Source: Perkinsus chesapeaki ATCC PRA-425 (Eukaryota > Protista > Perkinsozoa). Taken from it: a DNA stretch of 64,000 nt. Every line of letters starts with the position of its first letter. Position 1 is the first letter of the stretch. A model generated the notes under the pieces. The model was not told the DNA's origin. It ran no database searches and saw only the letters and a list, made by a program, of their open reading frames with translations. This document shows, piece after piece, positions 1 to 11,800 of the stretch. Location of the stretch: the NCBI GenBank assembly GCA_013115145.1, contig JAAPAO010000056.1, positions 1-64,000 of the forward strand, written 5' to 3'. A program made the translations under genes and the position numbers.

Positions 1-337
1 GTGGCCAATATCCCCATATCCATAATAACTCAACTTATTATCTGCATTGGAGACCTCTTATTGGGTTGTTACAGTTGTCTCGAGTGTTTGAGGGCGATTT
101 GCAAAATGCAGGAACTTGATTCTGCGCTTCATCTTGAAATCTTGCAAGCACTTCTGTGACAAAAAATATTGACTGTGCGCCGGCACGCATAAACAAAAAT
201 GCACAAGGCGTATCTTTCACGCATGACAGTGACGTTGAACAGTTTGGAGGAACAATCTATCTTATATTCCGATCTCATATATATTGTGACTAATTCCAGG
301 AATGCTCCGTTGCAGTTTCGTGACTGAGTAGGGCAGC

Positions 338-861
338 ATGGCCATCATGACGAGCACAGCAACCGGATCATCTACATCCCCTCGTTCGATTTTAACTCCT
401 TCTATACCTTCGTCCATTGCTGATAGCTTTTCACCTAAGTCGGTCCGGTCAGATAGAAGCGGTGAGATTCCTGGCGGTCGGCCATTGTAGAAGCTAGTTA
501 CTTTGCAGGTATTGAAATCGTCCGCCGTTCGAAGGTGCATTCTATATCCTTTGCGGATGAAGTCACTGATCACTCTGGCTGTCGGCAATCGTTGGAGTTC
601 GTGCATCCCGTCGAATGCTACAAAGTAAGGTTGATGGTGTATCCGGCATGCCGTACTGTATATAGTGGCAAGCAACTCACCTCCTTTGCTCCTCAGGATT
701 TGAATAGGTTGCACGGCTTTGGTCCACGCAGTACAGAGTTTCCTGCGAAGAAGAAAAGCTGTTTGATAGGCTTCAAAAAGTTCCTCTCCTCCCTCTTCAC
801 CGCGAACGACTGCAGGAATTCCTGCCACAGTGGTTATCGTACTAGTGTATATTACGCTTAA
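338..861 (+). CDS. Small RVxF-like (putative PP1-docking) protein, family copy 1; exons 338-461, 509-624, 697-861
   Basis: GT-AG introns join an open frame: MAIMTS..SPRSILTP..|GIEIVRRSKVHSISFADEVTDHSGCRQSLEFVHPVECYK|DLNR..SCLIGFKKFLSSLF..VYYA*. Exon 2 (116 nt) and exon 3 (165 nt) match copies 2 and 3 in length exactly. Confidence 0.85.
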
Positions 862-1643
862 GTTGTTTCACTTCCTCACAGTTGTACCTTCGCTTAGTCG
901 CTCTAGTCATGTCGGTTGTACAAAGCGATTTACGCTTCGCCAGGAAGCTATCAGGACACTGACAATTCCATGTCTGCAAGTTATCAACATAGATGTCTTA
1001 AGTTCTCTTTATTCCTTTTCTTTTGGTATAGTTCTCCACGTTATTGCCCTGCTGAGTGGCGCAAGTTGTGTCATTGTTTCCCTCTCTACAATAGAAGAGT
1101 CCACACCAAGTGAAGTATGCTGGGGTAGTTTTTTAAAAGTAAATGGAAATAGGAGGTAGCTCCTCTAGTATTTGTCATCTACCTGCAATCGCCGTGTATG
1201 CAGAAGGTCAAGGTTACCCGACCTCCAGCTCGGCCTTGTCAGTGATAGTTTGATCGGCTCGCACATCTTTTGATAGATTAGCTCGTAGGCTTAGCTCCCC
1301 GTATTATAAAAGTTAGTTACTGTCTCTATATCTAATGAGGTTTGCATATGAGTGTCCCCAGCCCGGCTGTGTTGCGTTATGATATTCTTGTGGACTTCGA
1401 TTATCTCTTTTGGTACTCGCATCTTGCCTGCAATTTGTTAATGAATTTTCTTTGTTATCACCTGTATCGTTGGAGGAAGGTTCTTCCCTAGCTGAAGTGA
1501 GTAGTTCAATCCCTACACAACGCTTCGTTGCGAGTCAAATATCTTTAGAATTTGCCGTGCTAGTGCGGCCTATGTATTTTCCGGTTTTCCTTGGTAAGTT
1601 TTCCTATCAAAGTCTGACTTAGTTTTTTCGTATAAATATTAGT

Positions 1644-2160
1644 ATGAGTGTCCCCGGTGCGCCAACTGCGTTATCTCCTCGGTCGATCTTGACGTCAACT
1701 GTAGCTTCGTCAGTTTCTGAAGATTCTTCGCCGCGATCGATACGCTCGGACAGGAACGGTAAGATTCTTCGCGTTTTTGGGGAGAATTCTTGGTGCTTCG
1801 AATCATCACGGTAACACACTCTTTTTAGGAAGAGAAATTGTCCCTCGTTCAAAGGAGCACTCCATATCCTTTGCGGACGAGATTCCCGACATTTCTGGTA
1901 GCCCGCAGTCTCTGGAGACGGTTTATCCTGTTGAATGTTACAAGGTGAGCTATGCCGACTATAAGCCTTGCTACATAAACGGCATCTTCTCGTAGGAGTT
2001 AAACCGTTGCGACAGCTTCGAAGCACGTGATACTGAGTTTCCTGAGAAGAGGCAAAGTTGCTTGGCTGGTTTCAAAGAGTTCCTTTACCTTCTTTTCACG
2101 GCGAGTGATGCCCCGGACGATACATATGTCGATTTTGCTCGCAATGCCTACTACGTCTAA
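1644..2160 (+). CDS. RVxF-like family copy 2; exons 1644-1758, 1829-1944, 1996-2160
   Basis: MSVPGAPTALSPRSILT..|GREIVPRSKEHSISFADEIPDISGSPQSLETVYPVECYK|ELNR..SCLAGFKEFLYLLF..AYYV*. Intron phases (1, 0) are the same as in copy 1. Confidence 0.88.
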
Positions 2161-3339
2161 GCTGTAGCCCTCCACGGAGAGAGATGGCGCCTTCAGTGCA
2201 TCGCGACAACGTTTATATTCGGCTGGTGAGGCTGAGGAAACTCCGCTTTTTATGGGGTCATTGTTTTCACTTTTGATCAACATGCACAATGGTTCAAAGC
2301 TATTGCCGATGCAACTGAAGGCGTCCTTGCTGGGCAGTTGTGATGTTATTTTCATTTGATATTCTGAATACCACCTGCACAGCTACAGTGATCACTAATG
2401 TGGTTTTAATTACCGTGTGCGGTGAATCGTCTATTTTATCAAGACAGTAACCGTTGTGCCAGCAACAATAGCAACATTAAATCTTGAAACTATTTTATCG
2501 CAATATTATATGTTTGAAGTTATCTCTATCCGCTTTGTATTTTAAGCCGTGCACTTAGTAGGAGTCCGTTCTTTACTCCTACGTTGTGATCACACCTAAC
2601 TACGACTGTCCTTCTGATAATGGAAGAGTCAGTCTCCAGCTTGCTTGAGAGCGTTCGTCTATTGATGTGCTATTCAACCAGAGCCCGTCTTGGGTATCTT
2701 CTTTTTTCCGCGGGAACGCGTTTTGATAATAAATCGCTAGAGGAGGTGTAACCTCCAGTCTGTTCTGAGCTGTCTTGTCATCTCTTTGCAGCTGTCGAGC
2801 TAGCGGTGAGCGACGGTTGTCTAAACTTACTCCTGCTTCACTTGTACCACGCAGTAAGTTATCATTTAAAGTAGCGCGTCGCTGAAGCATTGAATATTAT
2901 AATAATTGTGGTCATCCGTTCTCTCTGTATTTAATGAGATTAGCGTACAAGCTCTTTCAAGCTGAGCAGTGTCGAGTTGGCAGTTTGCGACGGCTTCCAA
3001 ACGTAGCTTAGCTGCTTCGCTCGAGGATTCCGTACAATGTGTTTTAGTGCGTTTGTTAGTTTCTTTAACGCGTTGCTTTGCGTGATCAGCTTTCGCATGA
3101 CGGGATTTGGAATTGAGTTTTGTGCGAGTACAGCACAGTTTTACACAATGCGTCCATTCGTAAAGCGTTTCGACTTAGCGCGCGCCCGGGGTAGTCAAAT
3201 TGTCTTCGTTGGACACAAAAACAGATCCTAATCACGAAGTTGGAAGATATTTCCTGGGATCGGAGGGTGTAATGTGGGAAGAAGTAGTGGTGTTTGCCAG
3301 GAAGTACATTAATATCCCCAATTTCCCCATTAAATAATC

Positions 3340-3891
3340 ATGGATAGATCTATTGATACCACATCCACCGAATCATCATATCCCCGTTCAATTCTGACGT
3401 CTCGTGGGTCGTCGTTGGACACGGCAGATTCGTTAAATTCCCCACGCTCGGCGCGCTCGGACAGAAACGGTAAGATTCTCGGGAAAACGTGAAGATATCT
3501 CGTCTCTACTGCGGGTTATCTGCCAGTAAAGAAGAGTTTAGGGAGTCTTTGTTTCAGGTAATGAAATCGTTCCGCATTCAAAAGAGCATTCCATATCATT
3601 CGCGGATGAAATTACCGATGAATCCGGAAGCCCGCAGTGCCTGGAAACCGTCTATCCCGTGGAGTGCTACAAGGCAAGTTTCATCGGTTGTGAGCCTCGC
3701 TGTACATAACACGGTTGCCTTTGCAGGAACTGAATCGCTCGCTTAGCTTCGAGCCTCGTGATGCGGAGTTTCCTGAGAAGAAGCAGAGCTGCTTGGGTGG
3801 TTTCAAGGAGTTCTTGCACCTTCTATTCACTTCGAGCGATCCTATGGAAGGCGACTATGCAGGCCTGCGGACCGAGTCTTACTATATGTAA
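3340..3891 (+). CDS. RVxF-like family copy 3; exons 3340-3469, 3558-3673, 3727-3891; intron 2 is GC-AG
   Basis: MDRSID..YPRSILT..|GNEIVPHSKEHSISFADEITDESGSPQCLETVYPVECYK|ELNR..SCLGGFKEFLHLLF..SYYM*. The donor AAG|GCAAGT sits at the position homologous to the GT donors of copies 1 and 2. Confidence 0.87.
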
Positions 3892-4082
3892 GCTATCTGC
3901 CCTGCCCAACCATACACCGCATTTTTATGAAGACGTAGTCTATTTGATGGAATTGAATTGAAGCGCTGAGATGTCGATTCTCAGTAGTTAGCATGTCACT
4001 TTTTCTCTCAATCAAACCGCTTTTAGCTGTCGTTTCGCATGCTATGTGCTGTCGATGCCATTGTATAACGTAGTGCGCTATT

Positions 4083-5380
4083 TCAAGTCAAATTGAGGGT
4101 GTCACTGGTGGTAATGTTTATCAGTGTTGCTGAGGTAGTGTCGTTAAAGCCTCCTATCTCGCGATGTTTTACATGTGTACCACTATGAATACCATGTGGG
4201 TTTCTCTTATGTCGATGAGGCGCACTTCGGCGTTGGTCTCTCGCATTGTTCCTGCATGTGCTTAGTGAGTGGCACTGTCCCCTTTTCCAGCTTCTGAGTG
4301 TTACATACGTCTCTATTGCATGTTTCTGAGCTCGTCTCGACTGTCCTACCGGTTTCTGTACAATGACGATAGTAAACATAATACTATCGCCTGTGTTGAC
4401 TCATTCAGTTTCCCATTGACGTATTCGCATGTTAGCATACATTGTTCTTGTGTGTTGTTGTACAGACGCTAATACTGCGGTTTTTTTCTCGAGAAAAGTG
4501 ACTGTCATGTTGCATGTCATTGCAACAACGTGTGCAATGCTGCTTCCATCACATTGTGTAGTAATGATCATAATCATACCAAAAAGTTTTCTTGTTGTTT
4601 CTCGTTATTGTTACGGTTGTTGATGAAGTTCCTATGTGGAGCGTCGCTCTCCCGTCTCCTTTTCATACCAGTACACCCCGTAATAGTTATAATACGCCAT
4701 AATGTATTATCGTAATGTGACGAGCAGTAGCGTCTAGCTCGTTAGAGCGCGCTTCTCTCAGTTATTCATAGTAATAATAATAATCTACTTAATATGTATT
4801 AGTCAGTGCCGTAAGTGGTACCGTAGTAGTAGTAGTAGAACTTCTGAACGTTATGTCATCTATTAGTCGGTGGTTGTTGTTATTGCAATTCAGTACTACT
4901 AGGCTGTCATGCGATTCGTAACTAGCCTAGCTTGGTATGTTGTAATACCTTATCATCATCAACGGCTATGCTTCCAGTAAGCGATGGTTATGGAACCTCG
5001 CTCCTGTTGTTTTTGTGCTACCCTCCAGCAAGTAGCACACTTATCTGATCTTATCACTGTTACATTTGTTGTTCTTGTTTAACTTATAGTAGCCGTTACT
5101 TGGTACGCTCGTTCCGCACGGTGGATTTGCCGGTTTCGGGCTATCTTTCATCTCTCCTATTGATGACGTCGATGTCGGTCTAAATGCTGCTGCTGCGGCA
5201 AGTGTTGAGTTTACTAGAGGAGTGGGGAGTTCTAAGGGATCAGATGTTACTAGCTTGAATTAGTCTTCGCTAGAGGTGTTCCATGGTCACAGGATTTCTA
5301 TGGATGGATGCATCGTTTTAGCTTTGTCTTCGTCAACTTGTTGGTTATTGGCTCTTTGTAGTTTGGTTGTAGCTTTCCGT
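4083..5380 (-). other. Low-complexity region with possible minus-strand exons (Asn/Thr/Ser-rich)
   Basis: The + strand is rich in gtt/agt/tag triplets. The minus strand gives short exon-like frames such as MKRRRESDAPHRNFINNRNNNEKQQENFL|GTATGA (~4590-4680). No family was recognised. Confidence 0.25.
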
Positions 5381-5381
5381 A

Positions 5382-6146
5382 ATGAAAGACCCGCTTGTCA
5401 ACCGCAAAGGTCAGAAAGTAAATCCGTCAGGAGGAATCCTGAAGCACAATGTTGACGATGATCAACACTGTCATTCCACTCTTGCGGAAGATACACCTAC
5501 ATACCGCAGTTTGGGATCAGCGTCAACGCTTGACAGTCTCTTTTTCGGTTCAATAGACGAGGATCAAGGTAACTTAACTCGATCTAATTCGCATTTCTAG
5601 TATATGTGCGTTTGTGGTAGAGAGTTGTAAAGCACAAATGACGCGCCTAGTAGGTTATGAACTTGCCGTTTTCCTATCACTCTTTCGTTCCTTTGTACTT
5701 CATATAACTTGATGACCTCGTTAAATGTGTATTGAAAGTATCGCTATAATATATCTCCTATTTTCGGCCACTTTCCGGAGCCTTCCTGGAAGTGTCGGTT
5801 TCCTCTGGTATCTGTATGTGCTGTTTCAGGTTTTGGTGATGTTGCTAGGAAGGGCAATACAAGTGACAGGCATGTTAGATTTGCGGACGAATGCCCCGGA
5901 TGCGAGCACCAACTCGAGGACGTGCGTAATGTACCCAGCGTGAAGGTGAGATGTACCCGATTCAATCGAGATTGCAGATGCAAGTTTCATCAGGACTTTA
6001 CCTACGCTACAACGTATCGTCCGCCGGAGTATGTCGATCCGTCCTGCGGTTCAACCTGTCTTACCGCGATGAAGCTGCTCTTCAATTGCATTGGCGGAAA
6101 AATGGACTCTCATACGAGCGCGGTTCCTAAATCTGCTATCAATTAA
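5382..6146 (+). CDS. RVxF-like family copy 4 (divergent; GILK + RHVRF); exons 5382-5568, 5830-5945, 5994-6146
   Basis: MKDPLV..SGGILKH..|GFGDVARKGNTSDRHVRFADECPGCEHQLEDVRNVPSVK|DFTY..STCLTAMKLLFNC... Exon 2 is again 116 nt with the same intron phases. The exon 1 link is inferred from phase. Confidence 0.75.
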
Positions 6147-6790
6147 ATGTATTTATAATCGTTAACCTGACGATGTCTTCAAAGTGATATAATCTGTTTG
6201 TAAGGAGCTCTAGTATGAGCAATTATATTCGAAAAGTGCGCTTCTTGCTGAGCGAGAGCGCCTTCCTTTCCCAGCCGAGTCGAGTCAGAGTCAAGCGGCT
6301 CGATCTCGCAGTATTTCAATTATATCTGTTGTTGCAACGTGCATTCCCGTCGGCGGCGATCATCCACGCTACTGCTGATGATGATTGTCGTAGCTGCCAA
6401 CACGTAGTGGCTGCTTGTCTATTATTATCTTTTATCTTAATCATCGTGGTCTCAACATTAATCGTTCTCGGTACTTGTAGTTAAGTAGAGTTCCGAGCAA
6501 CACGCAATACGTAACACCCGTAACGCCTACTGGTTCATCAAAGTTCCTTAACACTTCTGCTGCTAATAATAATACTGATCTTAATATCGTGCCACTAAGT
6601 GGCTATTGCCAAACCATCTCATGCAGCTTGCACCGTGCAAGTGAGGAGGAGGAAGTTGGGAATAACGACGTCATTGGTTAGCATCGCGCAGGCTGCGATG
6701 TCAATGGTCACCATCATACAGTATCTTACTATCCATGTTGCGTTTTTATATAATTAGCTGCTCAACTAGCCATCTGTTTTCTTCTCCGGC

Positions 6791-7319
6791 ATGTGCTCGA
6801 CCCGAGCGACATCGGCAAGCTCGTCAATACAAGAGCAAGGCTCAGTTGAGCAGGGCAGTCGCGATGCCGGTGGAATCCCAGGTTCAAGCGGGGAATCGTC
6901 ATTAGAGGAGACTAATAAGTGTAGCAGTACAGCTTCCGGACCACCAAGGAGAGACAGGTTTGGTAAGCTTTGTGAAGTATACGGTTCCCTCGGACCTCTG
7001 CACAGGCCGCCCAATAACGTCGCGCTCGAAGAACCACTCGTTGTGTTTTGCCGACGAGGTTCCAGGATCAGACCGCCAGCCGCTAGTATGCACGGTAAAC
7101 GTGGAAAGTTTCAAAGTAAGCTTCAATGAAGGATTTCCGGTACGGCGGCTCTCGTAGGCCCACAATCGCATTCACAGTCGGCCGCAGCCTGATGGTGCAA
7201 GCAAAGACGTTACCACTGCGATAGTTAAGGAATCAATGAATCAGTCCATGACTTCTGGCACCAGTATTGCCGATTCGGATTCAAGTCCTATACGTATTAA
7301 ATTTTATGTTTGCCTGTAG
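6791..7319 (+). CDS. RVxF-like family copy 5; exons 6791-6962, 7006-7115, 7158-7319
   Basis: ..GRPITSRSKNHSLCFADEVPGSDRQPLVCTVNVESFK|AHNR..; canonical 43- and 42-nt introns in phases 1 and 0. Confidence 0.78.
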
Positions 7320-7667
7320 TCGTAGTCATTTATAGTATTACATTGTCCCCCCCACTGCCACGGTTTGATTGCTTGCTCAGATTATTGTTGTTACCTAGCC
7401 TCACCCTCCACATGTTTGGCCTGGTCGCAGGGGTGTACGAGGTATTTTTTGATTTGTGATTCTCGTGATGTTATCATGATAAGACGTTGTAAAGGAGTGA
7501 GGCGCCTAGCGACGCCGCCGTCACTGCTCTTTGCTATATCACCAGTCATCAGTATGGATTATACACACAAGAGCGTCACGTTCTTGTCAATGCTATGTGT
7601 GAATCATCCCCTATGTTTGGTTCACATTCCGGTCTGCTGATGCATCACAGTAGTTGTTTATTATATA

Positions 7668-8097
7668 ATGTTCTCAGCTATCCCTTCACCATTATCCCCT
7701 TCGATTAGCAGGTCGGAGAGAACTGAGAGCGGCAGCACTTGTGATACCTGTAAGTCCGTCACTTGTCGCTTGTCTTTATTCTCAATCTGCATTCCCCTTA
7801 CATCCGTCCCCTGTATGTTTACCTGATCTCCCTATGCATCACCTTCGTGCTGTGCGTGTATGCCGATTAAGACCGTTACATTCTCTTTTGCTTTGAAATG
7901 TAGCCTCAAAGGGGTATTGCTGGTGTGTAATTGATTGAACTCTGTGCGATATGTCGACACGTTGTTTATATTCAGCGGTGTCGGATGACGATATCAGCGG
8001 ACGTAGAAGGTCAAAAACGCATTCTATATGTTTTGCTGATGAAGCTCCTGGAGGGAAGGGCGAGCTTGCTCACATTCGCTATGTGGAGAGCTTCAAG
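7668..8097 (+). CDS. RVxF-like family copy 6; exons 7668-7749 and 7976-8097, terminal exon unresolved
   Basis: MFSAIPSPLSPSIS..|SVSDDDISGRRRSKTHSICFADEAPGGKGELAHIRYVESFK|GT. The phase-1 junction is consistent with the family. No clear homologous exon 3 was found. Confidence 0.65.
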
Positions 8098-8829
8098 GTG
8101 CTAAAGAGAGGCAGTGGGGCTACTGGAATGGTTGTTCATCTTCAATTGTATTTTATTAGCTCAAAATGTGTTATAGGGTAGGAAGTATGTGATGTGAAAT
8201 AAGCGGTAGAAGATGGAGCTCAGCTCAGTGGTTGGTTCTTCCTAGAGAGTGTTATATAATGTAGATTTAGGGATTGGCTTATATAATAAAGATGAAATTG
8301 AAAAGCCGTAACCAACGGAGCTATACGACATATAGCATATATATGTCAACACTCCTGACTCTTTTATGACATCGTAGTAGTTCATAGGATTCTCAACTGG
8401 GATAGTGACGAGTACGACAACTTACTCCTGTTCCAGTATACCGTACCTGGGATGCCTTTCGCTATTTCGAAATTTTTTCATGCGTGCCACAGTTTTTTAC
8501 GTTCCATCTCTCCAACTCGCCGTACTTTTCCGGCGGTCTAGAGCACGTCAGCGTATCGTACCGTGTTTTTGCATTTAGGAACACAACAAGGCATTCAATT
8601 ACGAGCCTGAAGTCCCTGTAGCCTCCGAGTTCATAAACCGGCAGCGTCGCTACCGTCGCGCGCCGCGAAATATCTCACGTATCATGACTATGCCCTATAC
8701 TTCGCCCTCCTTTCGAGGCAGGGAGCTCTCGCTCGAGCTGGCATCCAGCTGCGCCTGGAATCGTGTGTAAATTCTTGGCGCATGTTGGGCAAGGATAACT
8801 TGTCCTATTTTGTCGTTGGATTAAAGTAC

Positions 8830-11800
8830 GTACCGCACTGATAGGGAGTATCATTCATTATCATGCTTCCTATACTATTTTATAGTCCTGCAATATTATC
8901 ACAGCGTTGCTTGAAAGCAGCTCTTCTTCTATGTAATAGACTAATTTCATGCACCCTTATTGACGGGAGTTCGAGAGGACCTTTTAGTGCTAGGATTCAC
9001 TAAAGGTTCTCTCCGGCGCTCGTAAATGCCCGTGGGCCAGGGCGTCGCCTGTTTGCAGTGTCATACCAGTGGTAACTACAATAGTAACACTTCTGACCGC
9101 TGCTCGGCAACTTGGCCGGTTTGAAATCGGTTGGCAATCTACGGACTTGGCCATCTCAGGAGAGTTGGTGAGTCTTTGGTGCTTCACTTACCCGGCGCAA
9201 GCTAGCTTCGTTGTCGTGTGCTGTTCCTCGGTTCCTCAATATTAGTTTCAGTGTGATGTCGTAAATTGCTATTCTACAAAGGCTGCAAGTTGCAGTCTGT
9301 TTCTGGCAAGCTATTCAGTGATATCATTTCTGAGCATCGGTCGAATGGCATGATCTTGCGTTTCAATCGGAAATGTTAACTCGGAGCCGATCGGAGAGAA
9401 AAGTGTGTGGGATCGCCTTGGGGGTACTTTGCCAGCGGAAAATCTAGGTTTGTGAGCTCAGGCTCTCAAATGGATAACTTTGTATACTTCAATATAGTAT
9501 ACGTGCAGTATGATATACATACATATTGATGTATAATGTGTCGTGCTCGTTCTCATAACCTTTTGAAGCTGCCCAACGCATCTTCCTGAAGATCGCTATG
9601 TGAGGAACCATGGATCTCCTTGGCGTGCCCGTCTCAGCATTTAATATCTTTTCTGAACTATGAATATCTGGCGTAGATCTCTTGTTGAATCTGGTGAATG
9701 GGAATGTGTATATTTCCATCGTTTGCCTCGATGGGTTAATAAAATATTAAGAGGATTGGTGGGAACTATGGTAGTATGGTCAGCGGGCAGAGAAGGGGAC
9801 AGAAATTGTGTCAGGTTCTGCGCACACTGCCGCGGTTTGTCTATGCTGGGACATGGTTTGTAATATCTGTTTTACTAGGGCTCATTGCCTCCCAACTCGA
9901 TTGTTTCAAAATATGCCTTAGAGATGTAAGTGGGCAATGGGCCAAGAATTCGTGAGCATTCCTATAGCAGGGGGGCATTCGTGTCACATTGCTATGTCGC
10001 GGAGCCTCAGAGTTTTCAACTATACGTGGGGTTCGAGGGGCCTTTCTCGGACCACTACACGAGATGTATCTCTGCATAGATTTTCGGAAGCTTGGTCGCT
10101 AAGAAGAGAAAGAAACGTACTCGTTAATCTTGTCAACAAGAGCTTATCGCCAAACAGCGTACGTACGAACGTACATCGAACGGGACGCGACGATGCCTTA
10201 CCTCGATAGACCTGTGGACATTGCATTCATTATTGTACTGCTCAGGCGGATGAAAGTACAAATCCGTCTCTGCTCGAATGTGAGCTTTGCCCCGTCTCGT
10301 GGATCGTTGTTGATATCCTATGGCTGGCTTATAATGGATTGGATGTATTGATGTGCTCGGTGGCTCTGGTAGCATGCGAGCTGGCTACTAGGAAAGCAAG
10401 ATGGTTCATGCGTAATAACAGTGGTGGGTCGGCGGAGCTTAGTGTGGTCGTTGAAGGGATGTACCGAATTTACGGAGTGGTACGGCGGATCTCTTTGCCG
10501 CAGGACACTTATCTGGCAGGGACCTCCCAAATTCTGGAGTATATTAAATATGGTACCCTCTCGAATGTACGCATGATGCTGCGTGTTGCCTATTGGATCA
10601 CCTTGGACCATCTAAACTTTTATTGGGGTGTAATCATACCACATTTCCGTCTCTTTCGATTAATGTGTTGCCTGGCGAAACAGCGAAGAGTATCGATAGT
10701 GGATAGCCTGTACGGAGAATGCTTGTTAACCTTTATTCAGGTTGTCATGTTTTATTGGGAGCTGCACTGTTCATCTGGGCTATATTGGTGGAATCTCGCT
10801 TGCCTGGATTTACGTGGATCTACCTAAATCTCAGGATGTTCACCTTCAGTGTGCAGCTACCCGGCTTCACTTCGACATTCGGAGCGATTTTTGGTAATAA
10901 GATAGGGGAGGAATATTAATAGGGCATGTGGTGCTCGCTGAAGGGATGGGAATTTGGTATAGAGAACGGCTTACAAGAATAAAACATGAATTCCGGAGAT
11001 TGCCTCACAAAAGGAACATGTATGTGGTTGCCCCCAAAAAATGCCGCCTTGTTAGGGCTTGTCGTCTTCGGCAAGGCTCAGTGTGGCTATCTTTGGGGGT
11101 TATTCCTATTTACTGCAGACTATTGAGGTCGGCATCCTTTTATCTCGAATGTTTATTCCTGGCATCGATTTCTTTATTCGCGAAATCTCCCTGCAAAATG
11201 TTCCTGCTCGTGAAGTTGAATTCCGGTCGACGGCCACTACCGCCAAATTGAGGTGCCTGGTCCTGAATGAGCTACCTCAGACCGCACAATAGGCTACTAG
11301 ACGATATGCTAGCAATAGTTCTCAGCACTCGGGTCGATTGCATTCACTTTTTCTGGTGCATCTCCAACATGATAGAGGTTACCAATTGTGGATTAGATTA
11401 TTAATAGATATTCAATCTGAGGTATTAGCTGATCGGAATGCTATATCAGATTCCCGTGGACCACGAGTCGTTGTGAGCTCCATTTCTCAGGCCAAGGTCG
11501 GACGGTGATATTGGCGTTCGTACCATTCTTTTCGATTTTGTATCTGGCTGCCAGTATTGGTTGGTTAATGTTTGCCAGCATACCCGGACATAGTAGAACG
11601 AATTATGGTACAGTCGGAGATGCGGTTTGGTCGACACTGCAGCTGTCGAGTGCCGATGCATGGTCCAGCGAAATTGCCAAGCCTATGTTCCAGGAAATAG
11701 GAACCCAAGATTCACCATTCTCATCATTCGTAGCGCGGATGTAGTATTGGGGAAGGTCACCACACCATAGTCCGTGGTGTAGAAGTATATTATCTTTATC

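Noticed and set aside
262-828. 188-aa minus-strand ORF
   Set aside because: Antisense shadow of family copy 1. The equivalent frame is broken in the paralogous copies, whereas the + strand spliced model is conserved.
916-1113. ORF with faint resemblance to family exon 3 (YK..DT..CLKFSLFLFF)
   Set aside because: Similarity is too weak, with no FADE module or splice sites.
1347-1400. 13-nt match (tatgagtgtcccc) to the start of copy 2
   Set aside because: At best a short degenerate duplication. The frame diverges and stops.
5611-5640. In-frame 'FVVESCK' resembling the VESxK motif
   Set aside because: It lies in the intron of copy 4 in the wrong phase and has no upstream FADE, so it is probably chance.
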